NCBI GenBank assembly: GCA_946965045.2
Contig: OX337233.1
Span: forward strand, 3,472,001 to 3,536,000
DNA from: Epithemia pelagica
Lineage: Eukaryota > Protista > Bacillariophyta
DNA: 64,000 bases
Direction of reading: 5' to 3'
Each line of letters begins with the position of its first letter. The first letter of the stretch is position 1. The notes beneath the pieces were generated by a model. That model ran no database searches. It had not been told where the DNA came from and saw only the letters and a list, made by a program, of their open reading frames with translations. This document shows positions 46,601-57,100 of this stretch, piece by piece. The translations under genes were made by a program, and so were the position numbers.

Positions 46601-49327
46601 GAAGATATCCTTCGACGACGCAAAGGCTACAAGTATTTCACAAAACTTGACATCTCTATGTGTTTTCACACTTTCAAACTCGACGAGTTTTCCAGCAATC
46701 TTTGCGTTATCACTACGCCTTTTGGCAAATTTCGCTATCGTCGTCTCCCTATGGGAGTTAAACAATCCCCAGACTTCTGTCAGGAGCTCATGGAAGAAGT
46801 CCTCGCTGACTTTCGCGATCACGTCGAGGTCTACATCGACGATATCGGCGTCTTTTCCGACAGTTGGGAAGAACATGTCGAGATTCTCAACAAAGTCCTT
46901 CAACGTCTTCAAGACAAGAACTTCTCTATCACTCCTCACAAATGTGAATGGGCCGTGCAGGAAACCGACTTCCTTGGCCATTGGCTCACGCCTACAGGTC
47001 TACGACCATGGCAGAAAAAGATTTCCGCGATTCTGGCCTTATCGCCTCCCCGAACCATGAAAGAACTACGTTCCTTCATTGGCATGGTTAATTTCTATCG
47101 TCACATGTATCCCCAGCGATCCCATCACTTAGCTCCGCTAACAGCCTTGACCGGCAAGAAAACCTTTGAATGGTCCCCGCAATGTCAGAAAGCCTTTGAA
47201 AACGTTAAAGCCATGCTTGCGCATGATGCGTTTATCCGCTATCCCGATCACAACATTCCTTTCCACGTCTTTGTGGACGCGTCTGACTATCAGCTCGGCG
47301 CTGTTATCATGCAGGAAAACATCCCTGTCGCGTATTTCTCACGCAAGCTCAACCCCGCTCAGCGGAATTACACCACTATGGAAAAGGAGTTACTCTCCAT
47401 CGTCGAAACCCTCAAGGAGTTCCGCTCCATGTTGCTTGGCTGTGCCGCCTTGCACATTCATACCGATCACAAAAATCTCACTTATTCCACTCTCAACTCC
47501 CAACGAGTCCTTCGTTGGCGTCTCTTTCTCGAAGAATACAATCCCATCTTTCATTATATTCCTGGCCAGGATAACGTCATCGCCGACGCGTTGTCGCGTC
47601 TCCCTCTTTCAGAAGAGGAGGAGAAGAGTGTCCCTTCCAAGGTCCCTTCCGACGGTCCCTCGTCTGGACCACGATCCCTTTTCGATCGTAGCGGCAAACA
47701 CTCCGTGTTTCAGGTTCCTCGTGCGCCTAATGATGACCCCCGCTTAGCGTCTCGTGACGCGGATTCTCATGAATCCCCTATTTTCATGGACGAAGAGTTG
47801 ATCGATGTGTATCTTAATCATCCCGCCATTACGGCCAACCAACCCCTACCGGTTGACTATGCTACGATATCTCAGCATCAACAAAACGATGCCGCCTTAA
47901 TGGCGTTGGTCCAATCCAAACCTGACTATTATCATTTGCAACCCTTTCCTACGGAAAATCCACAATACAACCTTGTCTGTTATCGACAATCGGTTAATGC
48001 CCTCTGGCGCATTCGCATTCCTGACTCGCTTCTCGCACATACAGTCAACTGGTATCATCTCGTGCTTAACCACGCTGGTTCCACGCGACTCCGCGATACT
48101 ATCGCCATGCACATGACGCATCCCCAATTGGGACTCTACTGCGATCAAGCTGTTTCCAGCTGTCCGACCTGTCAACGGTCGAAGGTCGTTCATCGACATT
48201 ACGGAGAATTGCCTCCTCGTGAGGTCCGTGGTAATCCCTGGTCCGACATTGCCGTCGATCTTATCGGCCCCTGGACAGTCAAAGTCCATGGCATGGCCCT
48301 GACCTTTCAAGCTCTGACGGTCATTGACACTGTCACCAATTTCTGCGAGATTATCCGCATATACGACAAAACCGCTCGACATGTTGGTCTCCAACTCGAG
48401 AATTCATGGCTTTCACGCTATCCTCGCCCTGTTCGTTGCCTTTTCGATCAAGGCGGCGAGTTCATCGGCCATGCGTTTACGCAAGTGCTTCGCAATCATG
48501 GTATCAAACCAGTGCCCCTAACGGTCAAAAATCCACAATCCAATGCCCTATGTGAACGTCTTCATTTGACGATTGGCAATTCATTACGCGCTATCGTTAA
48601 CTACGAGCCGCCGCAAAACATTGAACAGGCCGCTCTTATGGTCGACACTGCTCTGCAAACCGCTGCATACTCTGCACGCACTGCCATCCACGGCAGCCTC
48701 AAACATTCTCCCGGCAGTCTTGCGTTCCACCGTGACATGCTGTTCGACATTCCCATCCTTGCGGACATGGAATTGATTCGTCAAAAACGCCAAATCATCG
48801 TTGACGAACGAGCTCGACTCGCAAATCGCTCTCGCGTCTTTCATGATTACAAAATTGGAGATCGCGTACTCATCCGCGCTACCAATCCGGACAAATTGGC
48901 ACTTCGTACCAGTCCCAATCCTTTCACTATCACGCGTGTCCATTCCAATGGCACCGTGACCATTCAACGTGGTCCCCACGTTACCGAGCGCATCAATATC
49001 AGGCGTCTCATCCCTTACCGTGTGTGACATGGGTTTTACTGCCGTTGGCCTCTGGCCATCAAGCTTTCCCATGGCCCGCTCGAACTTCCTAGGTCCGACC
49101 AGGGAGAGGTAGAGTGCGGTACCCGGACTCTGTCCCGCCACGACTCCACGTAAACATGACTCGATAGGTCCCTAGTTGAATCTGTGACATCTTTGACACT
49201 GACGTTCTCAGAATTCAGTCCGTCCTTGTCCCGTGTGCAGATGGCTTCTCTGGCCATCGCTCACTTTCCTAGCCTAATTCCTAAAGATCATAATTTTTAC
49301 GTCCTACCATTATGTATGGGTATGGCA
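43608..49327 (+). mobile_element. Intact Ty3/Gypsy LTR retrotransposon, 5720 bp, identical 213-bp LTRs, 5-bp TSD ATGGC
   Basis: LTRs 43608-43820 and 49115-49327 (TG...CA) are identical by inspection. ATGGC is at 43603-07 and 49328-32. The PPT is at about 49100-49114. There is a single open gag-pol. Confidence 0.97.
43889..49027 (+). CDS. Gag-Pol polyprotein (gag, aspartic protease, RT, RNase H, integrase), 1712 aa; the Met start is probably at about 43958
   Basis: CPYR..H..HSWADC gag knuckle, [23 protein letters not shown] and the D-D-E integrase occur in Gypsy order. No chromodomain. Confidence 0.96.
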   Translation: MCNSFCPSFDSFPFLFSPLHLSIMADNTNGFITLVDALRFQRRVDEALSSDSFSLLKLKDDDDKYYANLLPFRESTDEDPRDLFLWVLHFVDKIRISGHPDPFAACCEYFPRSVTSAIADPFLEAYNGLPPGTNLDKACFQGLIAAVFAPLVLVSEVSAFRTFLLSGPRKPSDMTVDSHLQSLRKFSNGLKYLSSDAAIVPLTEDEIKQAFYQGSPTTWRTEFQQANPLVPDIVNHFDTDALLQAMRGYQRASKQKALLREQQQNRSQSRQDPSRPRDSNNSGNRDRRVRSRHSRGGLRGGNRDSSRGGNRLGNSDRNASSGDNRGASDGNSDPCPYRTTMESHRNHSWADCIYNPTGRNFNQSLFDVMVQRSNRSTSGGNAGTNPPQSGGSSNGNNNPRGGSSVPLRATWGSRPSAPGRGSDQHASDTAGAGNGWNAVPANPPAVAPPPGCVPTIPVDAEGIQQWSDLRNPEKTVPGTSHLSSSFSSSPDDPTHHLGILFSQQCQIQTGPPTAMPAAQSIPMHPSTRSSTSSIKSMGAEWTFPTSTTCPLKEVSLLTPASLCRDDAFISEVIDPNNGYLDNLESYDEFYSQFPSSSDVPPFDSPSRPECVPLTIVMARHIGGVENTLPLRALLDSGADKTILHSRCLQPGMIPRSTDRSVNTTMGTRSGVSEILLEDIVLPEFSRTKHVTYPLWVDIYDAPNSRYDIIIGRDLLRRLGVLLDFDRGITSWDSIEVAMRDRDSFATEHEFVSHFIDLFADDDVLGDDYLLDSNYKQADLDELLAQQTHLTPSQQQDLLGVWLKCGRIFDGVLRAYPDKELHLDLMPDAKPAHHRHYAVPRNIHDTFKKELFRFVDIGILERVGSTEWAAPHFAIPKKDGRIRMISDFRSLNAQMYRRVYPFPRIEDILRRRKGYKYFTKLDISMCFHTFKLDEFSSNLCVITTPFGKFRYRRLPMGVKQSPDFCQELMEEVLADFRDHVEVYIDDIGVFSDSWEEHVEILNKVLQRLQDKNFSITPHKCEWAVQETDFLGHWLTPTGLRPWQKKISAILALSPPRTMKELRSFIGMVNFYRHMYPQRSHHLAPLTALTGKKTFEWSPQCQKAFENVKAMLAHDAFIRYPDHNIPFHVFVDASDYQLGAVIMQENIPVAYFSRKLNPAQRNYTTMEKELLSIVETLKEFRSMLLGCAALHIHTDHKNLTYSTLNSQRVLRWRLFLEEYNPIFHYIPGQDNVIADALSRLPLSEEEEKSVPSKVPSDGPSSGPRSLFDRSGKHSVFQVPRAPNDDPRLASRDADSHESPIFMDEELIDVYLNHPAITANQPLPVDYATISQHQQNDAALMALVQSKPDYYHLQPFPTENPQYNLVCYRQSVNALWRIRIPDSLLAHTVNWYHLVLNHAGSTRLRDTIAMHMTHPQLGLYCDQAVSSCPTCQRSKVVHRHYGELPPREVRGNPWSDIAVDLIGPWTVKVHGMALTFQALTVIDTVTNFCEIIRIYDKTARHVGLQLENSWLSRYPRPVRCLFDQGGEFIGHAFTQVLRNHGIKPVPLTVKNPQSNALCERLHLTIGNSLRAIVNYEPPQNIEQAALMVDTALQTAAYSARTAIHGSLKHSPGSLAFHRDMLFDIPILADMELIRQKRQIIVDERARLANRSRVFHDYKIGDRVLIRATNPDKLALRTSPNPFTITRVHSNGTVTIQRGPHVTERINIRRLIPYRV

Positions 49328-49427
49328 ATGGCTACCTACTCCACAACGTCAGGCAAAACAGCAGCATCGACACATTTCCGCCACAGCAGCGAACGAGAGA
49401 ACAAAGCAAAACAACAACAACAACACC

Positions 49428-50803
49428 ATGAACGACATCCAACAACAAGCGCTCTTGTCCGGACTGGTTTTTACGAACCTCCGCAACACTGCTCCAGCAG
49501 GACAAGACGAACAACAACAACAACAACAACAACAACAAGACAAAGACGAATGGTTAAATGCCTTTCGATCGATCGTATTGGCGGAACTAAAAAAGTCCAT
49601 GGAGTTTACATTTACTCCCATTCCATCAGTTTTGGCCAGATCTTCAGCGAGGATTCCAACGAAAAAGCGAGACAGCAAGAAGGTCCGCCAACAAGTGCAG
49701 TTATCCGGACTGGCGCTTGCAAACCGTGCCGACATTCATGGAGAAGCAAAATGGCGGGTAGCGCATTGGCCGCAACTGCCGGCCGGACGTTTCTACAAGG
49801 GATCATCAGCATCCGTCGTTGTGAATCATCCCGACAAGAGCAAAGGGCAGATTGTTGTCATGCTGGGAGGAGAGTCGATGTCTTCCAAACGTTTCTCAAA
49901 TTCCGTTTTTCTGTTGAATGTTGACGATCATGAGAAAGTGTGGCGAGAAGGACCAGCTATGAATGAAGCACGCTCTTGGGTACAGCCGTGGTATGCAACG
50001 GTGCTATATACGCGATCGGCGGAGAAAGTGTATTAAACGTTTATTACCATCCAGTCTTGGATACGGTTGAAAAGATCCGCGTAGAAGATTTACTTTCGGA
50101 ATCATGTAGTGGCAGTGATACCAAGCGATGGACGACGTTGGATTGTCGTTTGTCGAAGAAAAGAGTTTGGTGTGCCGCTGCCGTTGTACATGACAGATTC
50201 ATTGTTGTGGCGGGTGGAGGTGGTAACAATTCTGTTGCATCTGTCGATATTCTTGACACACTGTCGTCCCAAACTCCATGCGTCGTCAAACCCGGACCAC
50301 CGTTAAATGTGGGTCGAAGGAAATTTGGAATGGCCGCCATTGGTCAACGTGTGTATGCAGTAGGTGGGGAGGTGGGAGAAAAGGTACACAGTTGCAAGAG
50401 CACTGTGGAGTGCCTTGAATTGGATGATTGGCTGAAATCGGAGTCCACGTCCTGGACGATTTGCAAGGGTCTTTCTCTTCGCAATCGTCGATATAAGCAC
50501 GGTGTGGTCAAAGTCGGATCCTGTCTTGTGGTACTAGGAGGAGGACGTCACCACTTTGGTTCCGTGGAGGTTCTGGACACGCAACGCAATATTGTGTGGG
50601 AGCTACCAGAGTTTCGATTCCGACGGAGTGATTTTAGTGCCCTGGTACTTTTAACTGGCATTGTTGTGATTGGGGATGACTTTTCATCCGATCGGGGTGA
50701 AGCACTGTCTCTTTTTGACAAGCACTCGGCATGTTTTGCTCGTTTAATGGCTCTCAGCAAGGCCCCACCCCGACCACAAAAGACCATGAATAATAGTTTG
50801 TAA
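49428..50803 (+). pseudogene. Kelch-repeat protein paralog 4, with a poly-Q/extra N-terminal segment and a frameshift near 49975
   Basis: ORFs 49428-50036 and 49976-50803 are in different frames. The family motifs QQALLSGL and FDKHSACFARLMALSKAP are present. Confidence 0.8.
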
Positions 50804-51331
50804 AAAGTTTGTTGTGCTACTGACATGAAGTTAGGGACTTGTGTTTGTCGGACGGAAAAGGTCACTCTCTAGGTAGTTTTGCTTTGGATGGCAAGAAGGT
50901 CCCAAGGCTCGCCATGGCATGACTCGACCATTCCGAAATGGAAAAAACTCAACACGGACGAAAGGGCAATCAGGAACTAGAAGAACTATCGCATTAGTGC
51001 CACTTAATAATGCAAATCGAATGTTCACAACAACTTTTGGAACAGGGAAACTGCTTGCATTGTTCTCCATCGAAAATGGATAGAGTCCACACCGACCACA
51101 CTCCTGGGTACGCAGTTCACGCTCCTGACGACAAGATGTACTCCTTCTCTTTTTGCACAGCCTCCTTTTCGAGATTTTTTGAAGAAGTAGCGAAAGCAAA
51201 CTGGATGATTCGAGAGTTGTTGCATCCACTGGATCCCGAACTGGAGGTTGGTGCTTCCAACAATGACATGGAGCTCTCTCTTGCTTGATGGTTGGTTGGT
51301 TGGTTGGTTTGTTCGACACATAATGGATCTG

Positions 51332-53338
51332 TTAGGAGTGAGAGTGTTGGAGTCGATCGTTGGAGGCATGAGTCGTCTCGAGCTCGTCCTCGACCCGCGA
51401 CGACGACAACGCTGTATGTCGCGACACTACCACCACCGTCTCGTCGTGCTTTTCCTGTTCCTCCTCTTGTTGTTGTGTGTGCACCAGAGTTCCCACCAAA
51501 TCATAGTCTTTGACACCGGTAATTTCGACCCAGTACCGTTGTCCGGCCACCAAGTGCTGCTGAGGTTCAGGTCGTCCTTGTTGTTTGGAAGTACGACGAT
51601 GACGACGACCCAGGATTCGACGACGAGCTCCCAGCATGGATCGTGGACGAGGATGCTTGTTGTTGTGGTCATTTTCGGGTAATTGGACAATGACTTGATT
51701 GTCCACATCGGGACATTGTCCATAATACCGTCCCACCACGTGTCCATCATCGTTCAAACCATCCATCACAACATGGTATTGTCTCCCAATCTTGTCTCGA
51801 TTCTTGGCTTGGACAATCTCGTATTGGGCTTGCATCAAACGACGATGGCGATCTTGTTTGACATGTTCGGGAACGTGATGGGACAATTTCGATGCGGCAG
51901 CTTGTGCTTCGTTGGAATACTGAAAACAACCAACATGATCGAGTTGCATATCTTGAACAAATTGCAACAAATGATCAAAATGTTGGTCCGTTTCTCCCGG
52001 AAAGCCCACCATGAGACTGGTCCGAATGTGCAAGTCGGGGAGCCGGTGCCGCAACGTATCCAGAGTCGTTTGCAAGTGTTGGGTGGACGTGGTGCGTCGC
52101 ATGCGCTGCAACATGTCATTGTGACTGTGTTGAATGGGCATGTCCAAATAACGACAAATGCGCGCGTCGGCTTGCATCAAATCCAATAAGGATGGCGTGA
52201 TTTCATCGGGATACAGGTACAACAACCGCAACCACAAATCTGGATTGTCCTGGCTGGATTCCAACAAGGCCTGTAACAAGGATGTCAAATCCACCTTGTC
52301 ATCGTCGTGGTTGCGTCCAGCCATGAAATCCTTGCCATAATCGCCCAAATCTTGGGCAATCAAAATAATTTCCGAGGCTCGTTCCGAGAGACCTTGAAAT
52401 TCTTGCACGACTTGCTCTTGTGGTTTGGATTGCAACCGTCCCTTGAGTTTCGGAATGATGCAAAAGGAACAGGTTTTCTTACAGCCTTCGGCAATTTTCA
52501 AATAGGCATAATGCGGGGGTGTCGTGAGAAAGCGAGGTGTATCGCCTTGTTCCAAAAAGCTCTTGCGCGTACGACGTTGCTGCTGTTGTGGAGACGATGG
52601 CAAAGAAGACGAGGAAGAGGCCAAGAGCGTTTCCTTGTTCTTGTCCTTGTTCTCCTTGGCTTCTAATCGTTGAATGGTTTCCACAATTTGATCAATGGCA
52701 CCGGATCCCAAAACGGCATGAACGTGCGGATGCCGTTCGAGAATGTCGTCCTTTTGTAAATTGACCATGCACCCCGTGACAATGAGCTTGGCATGACGAC
52801 GACTCTTCATGGTTTGAATGGCCTCGTGCGATTCAGTCCGCGCCGCTTCCAAAAAGCCACAGGTATTGATGACAATGTAGTCGGCCTCCTGGGGATCCGC
52901 CGTCACTTGAAACTGTTCCGTCGCCACGGTCAAGCCCATCATGACTTCGGTATCCACCAAATTGCGCGAACATCCCAACGATTGAAAGGCAATCTTTTTC
53001 GTAGGGAGTTTCGTCATGGATGATGATCGAGCATCTTGGGTCCTAGCATTCACTGCTGTTGTTGTTGTCGGCGTCGGCGACTGCCAACGCCGAGACATAA
53101 CACCACCATGACTGGATGCTGGAGCTGTTCCAAGCATAGGGTGGTGAATCGTCCAAGAAGTCGTCTCCTGCTGCAAGGCGGAAGCGGCCGTGGTGAAACC
53201 CTCCACACACCAGATTCGTGGTGTAGGGAATCGTCCCATGACAGCCTTCATGATTCGGCCCTGGGCCAGAACTTGCCTACCCAAGAACATCATGGTGTGG
53301 AGAGAGAAAAGCGAACGAAACGAAAAAAGATACCCCAT
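51332..53338 (-). CDS. rimO: Ribosomal protein S12 methylthiotransferase RimO (radical SAM), with an N-terminal organellar-like extension
   Basis: UPF0004 cysteines SLGCSRNLVD, INTCGF and VTGCM. Radical SAM motif YAYLKIAEGCKKTCSFCIIP. Also AQDLGDYG, WLRLLYLYP, VGFPGET and a TRAM-like tail GRYYGQCPDVD. Confidence 0.9.
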   Translation of the reverse strand: MGYLFSFRSLFSLHTMMFLGRQVLAQGRIMKAVMGRFPTPRIWCVEGFTTAASALQQETTSWTIHHPMLGTAPASSHGGVMSRRWQSPTPTTTTAVNARTQDARSSSMTKLPTKKIAFQSLGCSRNLVDTEVMMGLTVATEQFQVTADPQEADYIVINTCGFLEAARTESHEAIQTMKSRRHAKLIVTGCMVNLQKDDILERHPHVHAVLGSGAIDQIVETIQRLEAKENKDKNKETLLASSSSSLPSSPQQQQRRTRKSFLEQGDTPRFLTTPPHYAYLKIAEGCKKTCSFCIIPKLKGRLQSKPQEQVVQEFQGLSERASEIILIAQDLGDYGKDFMAGRNHDDDKVDLTSLLQALLESSQDNPDLWLRLLYLYPDEITPSLLDLMQADARICRYLDMPIQHSHNDMLQRMRRTTSTQHLQTTLDTLRHRLPDLHIRTSLMVGFPGETDQHFDHLLQFVQDMQLDHVGCFQYSNEAQAAASKLSHHVPEHVKQDRHRRLMQAQYEIVQAKNRDKIGRQYHVVMDGLNDDGHVVGRYYGQCPDVDNQVIVQLPENDHNNKHPRPRSMLGARRRILGRRHRRTSKQQGRPEPQQHLVAGQRYWVEITGVKDYDLVGTLVHTQQQEEEQEKHDETVVVVSRHTALSSSRVEDELETTHASNDRLQHSHS

Positions 53339-54109
53339 GTGGATCTGTTATCTTTTGACTCTTGAGTCTTGAGACCGATATCGGGGCGACTCAACCACGT
53401 CCCACCACGGATTCCCTACCCATAGCTACCCGCCATAAAGGGCAAAACCACATAGAGGGGCAATGGACCTGTCTTTAGTCTCCGAGGCGACTACGGTATT
53501 GTCATTGACAGTTCGTGTCGTATGACCAACATCAAACAGATATGACGTTTGGGCTTGGGTGCGGGACACAGCTCTTGTCAAGATAGTCATGACAATGACA
53601 GGCTATTAGTTTTCGCTTGTTCCCTGGACAGCTACCACTCTCAACAAGACCCATCTTCCGTGTGAAATAGTCCTAGTATTACAAGAAGAGAAACAACTTG
53701 GAACAGACAGGAGGATGGATCGAAAGGCTAACCATTTTCTTGTCAGCTAGAAATCATTTCATTCTCAAGGAATCGTACGAAACGAATTCCCTAGCTAGGA
53801 TCTCCCACTTGGTGCAGTGTTTGCGTGTTGTTTGTTTAAGATTGGAGATAGGGATGGCAATGATCTACGGATACACACAACAAACTTTTCTTTTACAAGT
53901 TCTACTAGAAGTACCCTCAAGCCATGTATTTGTACGAAGCAAAAAATCCAAATGACACTACAGCCACCGATGAAGCACAACCAAACTTGCGCAAACTTTA
54001 ACAGAGCTTTGGTCGGATGGGGGCCTTGCCCAGAGCCATCAATCGAGCAAAACACAACAAACTGTTGTAACTCAAATAAACCGTGCCGTAAAAGCAACTC
54101 TTTATAGGC

Positions 54110-57100
54110 TTATTGATCTACGTAAACTCCATTGAATGAGCTCTTGCTCAGTTTCGTTGTCATAGCGTTGCTTTTGCCACGTCGCCTGACCACAGTCCAA
54201 AGATTCGCATCTTGTCCTTCTTCCTTGTCCTGTTTGGTCGCGCCTTGGTCCTCCATGACTACCGGTTGCTCGTCTATCCTCAACACACTCCTTTGTGCTG
54301 AGGAATGGTATTTACTATCCGGAAGCACATTCATGATGATATCGCGCAACTTGTAGAACATTTGACCCTGAAGGGGCTTCGTGAAAAAATCGGCTATCAT
54401 ATCCTCGGTGGGACAATACTTGACTGACAACTCTTTTCTCCGAATACAGTCTGTGATATAGAAATATCTGAGGTTGATATGTTTGGTCCGCTTTGTACTT
54501 GACAAGCGTCCATTCTTGGCGAGCAGGATGCTGCTCTGATTGTCCTGATGTAGGACAACATCTTGGACTGCATGTCCTTGAGCTTGAATAAAATTCTTTG
54601 TCCAAATAATGGACGGGAGGACGTCATGAATCCCAATCAATTCACATTCCGTGGAACTACGCGCCACTAACTTTTGTTTGGATGACGCTGTAACCACTGC
54701 TCCTCGACCCAGGGTCATATATCCACCTGTTTGCCCTTTGAAATCTGGGTGAACTGCATAGGACGCATCAACCCACCAGTGGATAGGAAAGTCCTTTGTA
54801 CCCTCCAAACGGAGAACCAAGTCCTTGGTCGATTGCAGGTATTTCAACACTCGGCCCAGTTTGCGACGATCGTCTTCATCTGGTGCCATAACTCGAGTAC
54901 TCAAGAAAGCCACCGCAGTCCGAATATCAGGCCTTCCACGCTGTGCCATATAGGCCAATTGCATTGTGATACTGTGGAATTCGTCGGCGGCTGTTGAATC
55001 CAAAGCTTTCGCTTTGGGATTAATGTGATACAAATGTTTGGCAGCGGGACTTCTGGCTTTTCCAATGAAACACTTGGGTAAATCCGTCAGAACAGTCTCC
55101 AGATAGGATCGCATGTCCACTTGTACGACCCCATCGTCTCCGTAATCCAAAAACATTCCCAAATAATCGTGGCGGATTCCCTCTGATACGGATATCTCCC
55201 CCAATTGGCCGAACTCGGCCTTGAGGTCCTTGACGAACTGTTGAACGACCTCGGCATCAACATGCGAAATCTTCAAGTCGTCTATGTGCCAAGTGACGGT
55301 TAATTGTTTGTTGTTTACTTGTTGTTTGCGACGCACGAGTCATATGGATTCATTATGAACCCCCAACTTTTCAAGACTGCAGACAATTTCTCCCAGAACA
55401 AACGCGCCGCCCTCAGTGTTCCATAGAGTGCCTTAAGCATCTCTACATAGATAACGGGTTGCCCTTTCTCATATGTCACGTAGGGTTTGTACATGTCATA
55501 GTCGACTTCCAGCAACAGTTCCGCCATGAGACCATCCAGACGCATATAGACGTCGGGGTCCATGTCGGAATGCATGAATGCCCCTGGAATATCTGCAACA
55601 ATCACCACTCGGCGTTCTAAAGCATCAATAACTGCGGTGATGAAAACAGCTTCGGTTGCAACTGTCGGTGAGGCTGACTGGCTCTTTTCAATGTATGACC
55701 TTTGTTTCCGGCCATCAGCACATCCTCTCCCCTTGATCTTGCCACAACGCTTCCGCTTAAGGAACATCAAATATTCTAATGCTTGTTGGATCTGCTCCCA
55801 TGAGAGGTCTGATTTGTGCACGGCCTTTAATACGCCACGATCGTGTAATTGTTGTATCTCAATTTTCACTGCGGCAACTCCTTTGTCACCGAATAGCTTA
55901 ATGCCTTTCTTCATTGACATCTGAGGAGTCGCCAGATTGGTTTCAGACGCAACAAGATACAAAATGCCTTCACGCAAATACCCATCGTATCGTCCGCTTG
56001 TCAATCTATCGACGCATGCAAACGAATGGCCATATCGGTAGGCGTAACTGCGTGCCCTGTTCGGCCGCAGATTGTAGCGTTGTTGTTGAGCTGGTGCTTC
56101 GTCTGCAACAGGCTCTATTGCTGGCTCTTGAGCTGGTGCTTCGTCTGCAACATGCTCTGGCTCTGGCTCCAAGATCAATGGCTCAACTTGATTGGGATCC
56201 ACCACAGCTTGATTGCCCTCATCGTCATCAATGTCTTCCTCTTCCATATCATCTCCACCGGCTAGCTCCCCTCCATCCTGTTCATCTCCATTAGATCCAT
56301 CCTCCGCATCCATATCAGCCACGTGATCACCATCATCATCTATCGGATTAGGTAGACCGACTTCTACCCCCACTCCTTGGATTTCCACTCCTTGGTTTTG
56401 CTGATGGTCCATCCCTGGGTTGATTACTGGGTCATCAGCTGGTTGCCCTTTTTTACTAATTCGTCGTCGTCTTGTACGTCTGCGTTCTCGAGTTCCTCGT
56501 CAACGATGTCATCGTTGTAGCGGAGGTCTTCATCCTCATCGTCGATGTCATGATGATAAGAAGCATCGTCATCCTCATTTATGAGAATGTTCTCGTCATC
56601 TAGCCACAGTACACGATTATCCCGGTTTCCAAAAGCGAGTCCCGGCTGCATTTCTTGTGCTGCAGCTAGATCAGAAACTCGTTGGATCACCTCTTGGGGC
56701 ATTGGAAGGGGCGTGGCGTGGTTCCGAGTAATGACGCGACCGCTTGCGAGACTAAGGAAGTAATAACTACCTTGTCGATTTCCCGTAGGTCTCAAAGCTA
56801 GAGCACCAACGGTTCGGGGTGCCATCGAGTTGTTGTGCTCCTCATGGCACTGGACATATTCGCCGAACTCGAAGCGGCAATGTTTAGCATAGTCAATGTT
56901 TTCGCCAGTAACCAGCAGTCGCGGACTCTCGGTTGTTGAAATGCCGAGGCGATGTGGGAAGCTGTTTAGCCAAAAGACTGCAAATTTCGCGAGCTCAATG
57001 ATCATAATTTTGGGTAGGGTGATGAATGGCAGTGTATTGAAAACACATCGCATTCGTTCTTTAACTGTGCGAATGTATCGCTCCACATCTCCCACATGTT

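Noticed and set aside
51332-53338. rimO as bacterial contamination
   Set aside because: It has a host-style leader and low-complexity insertions, no operon neighbours, and is flanked by eukaryotic genes and TEs. Read-level confirmation is still advisable.
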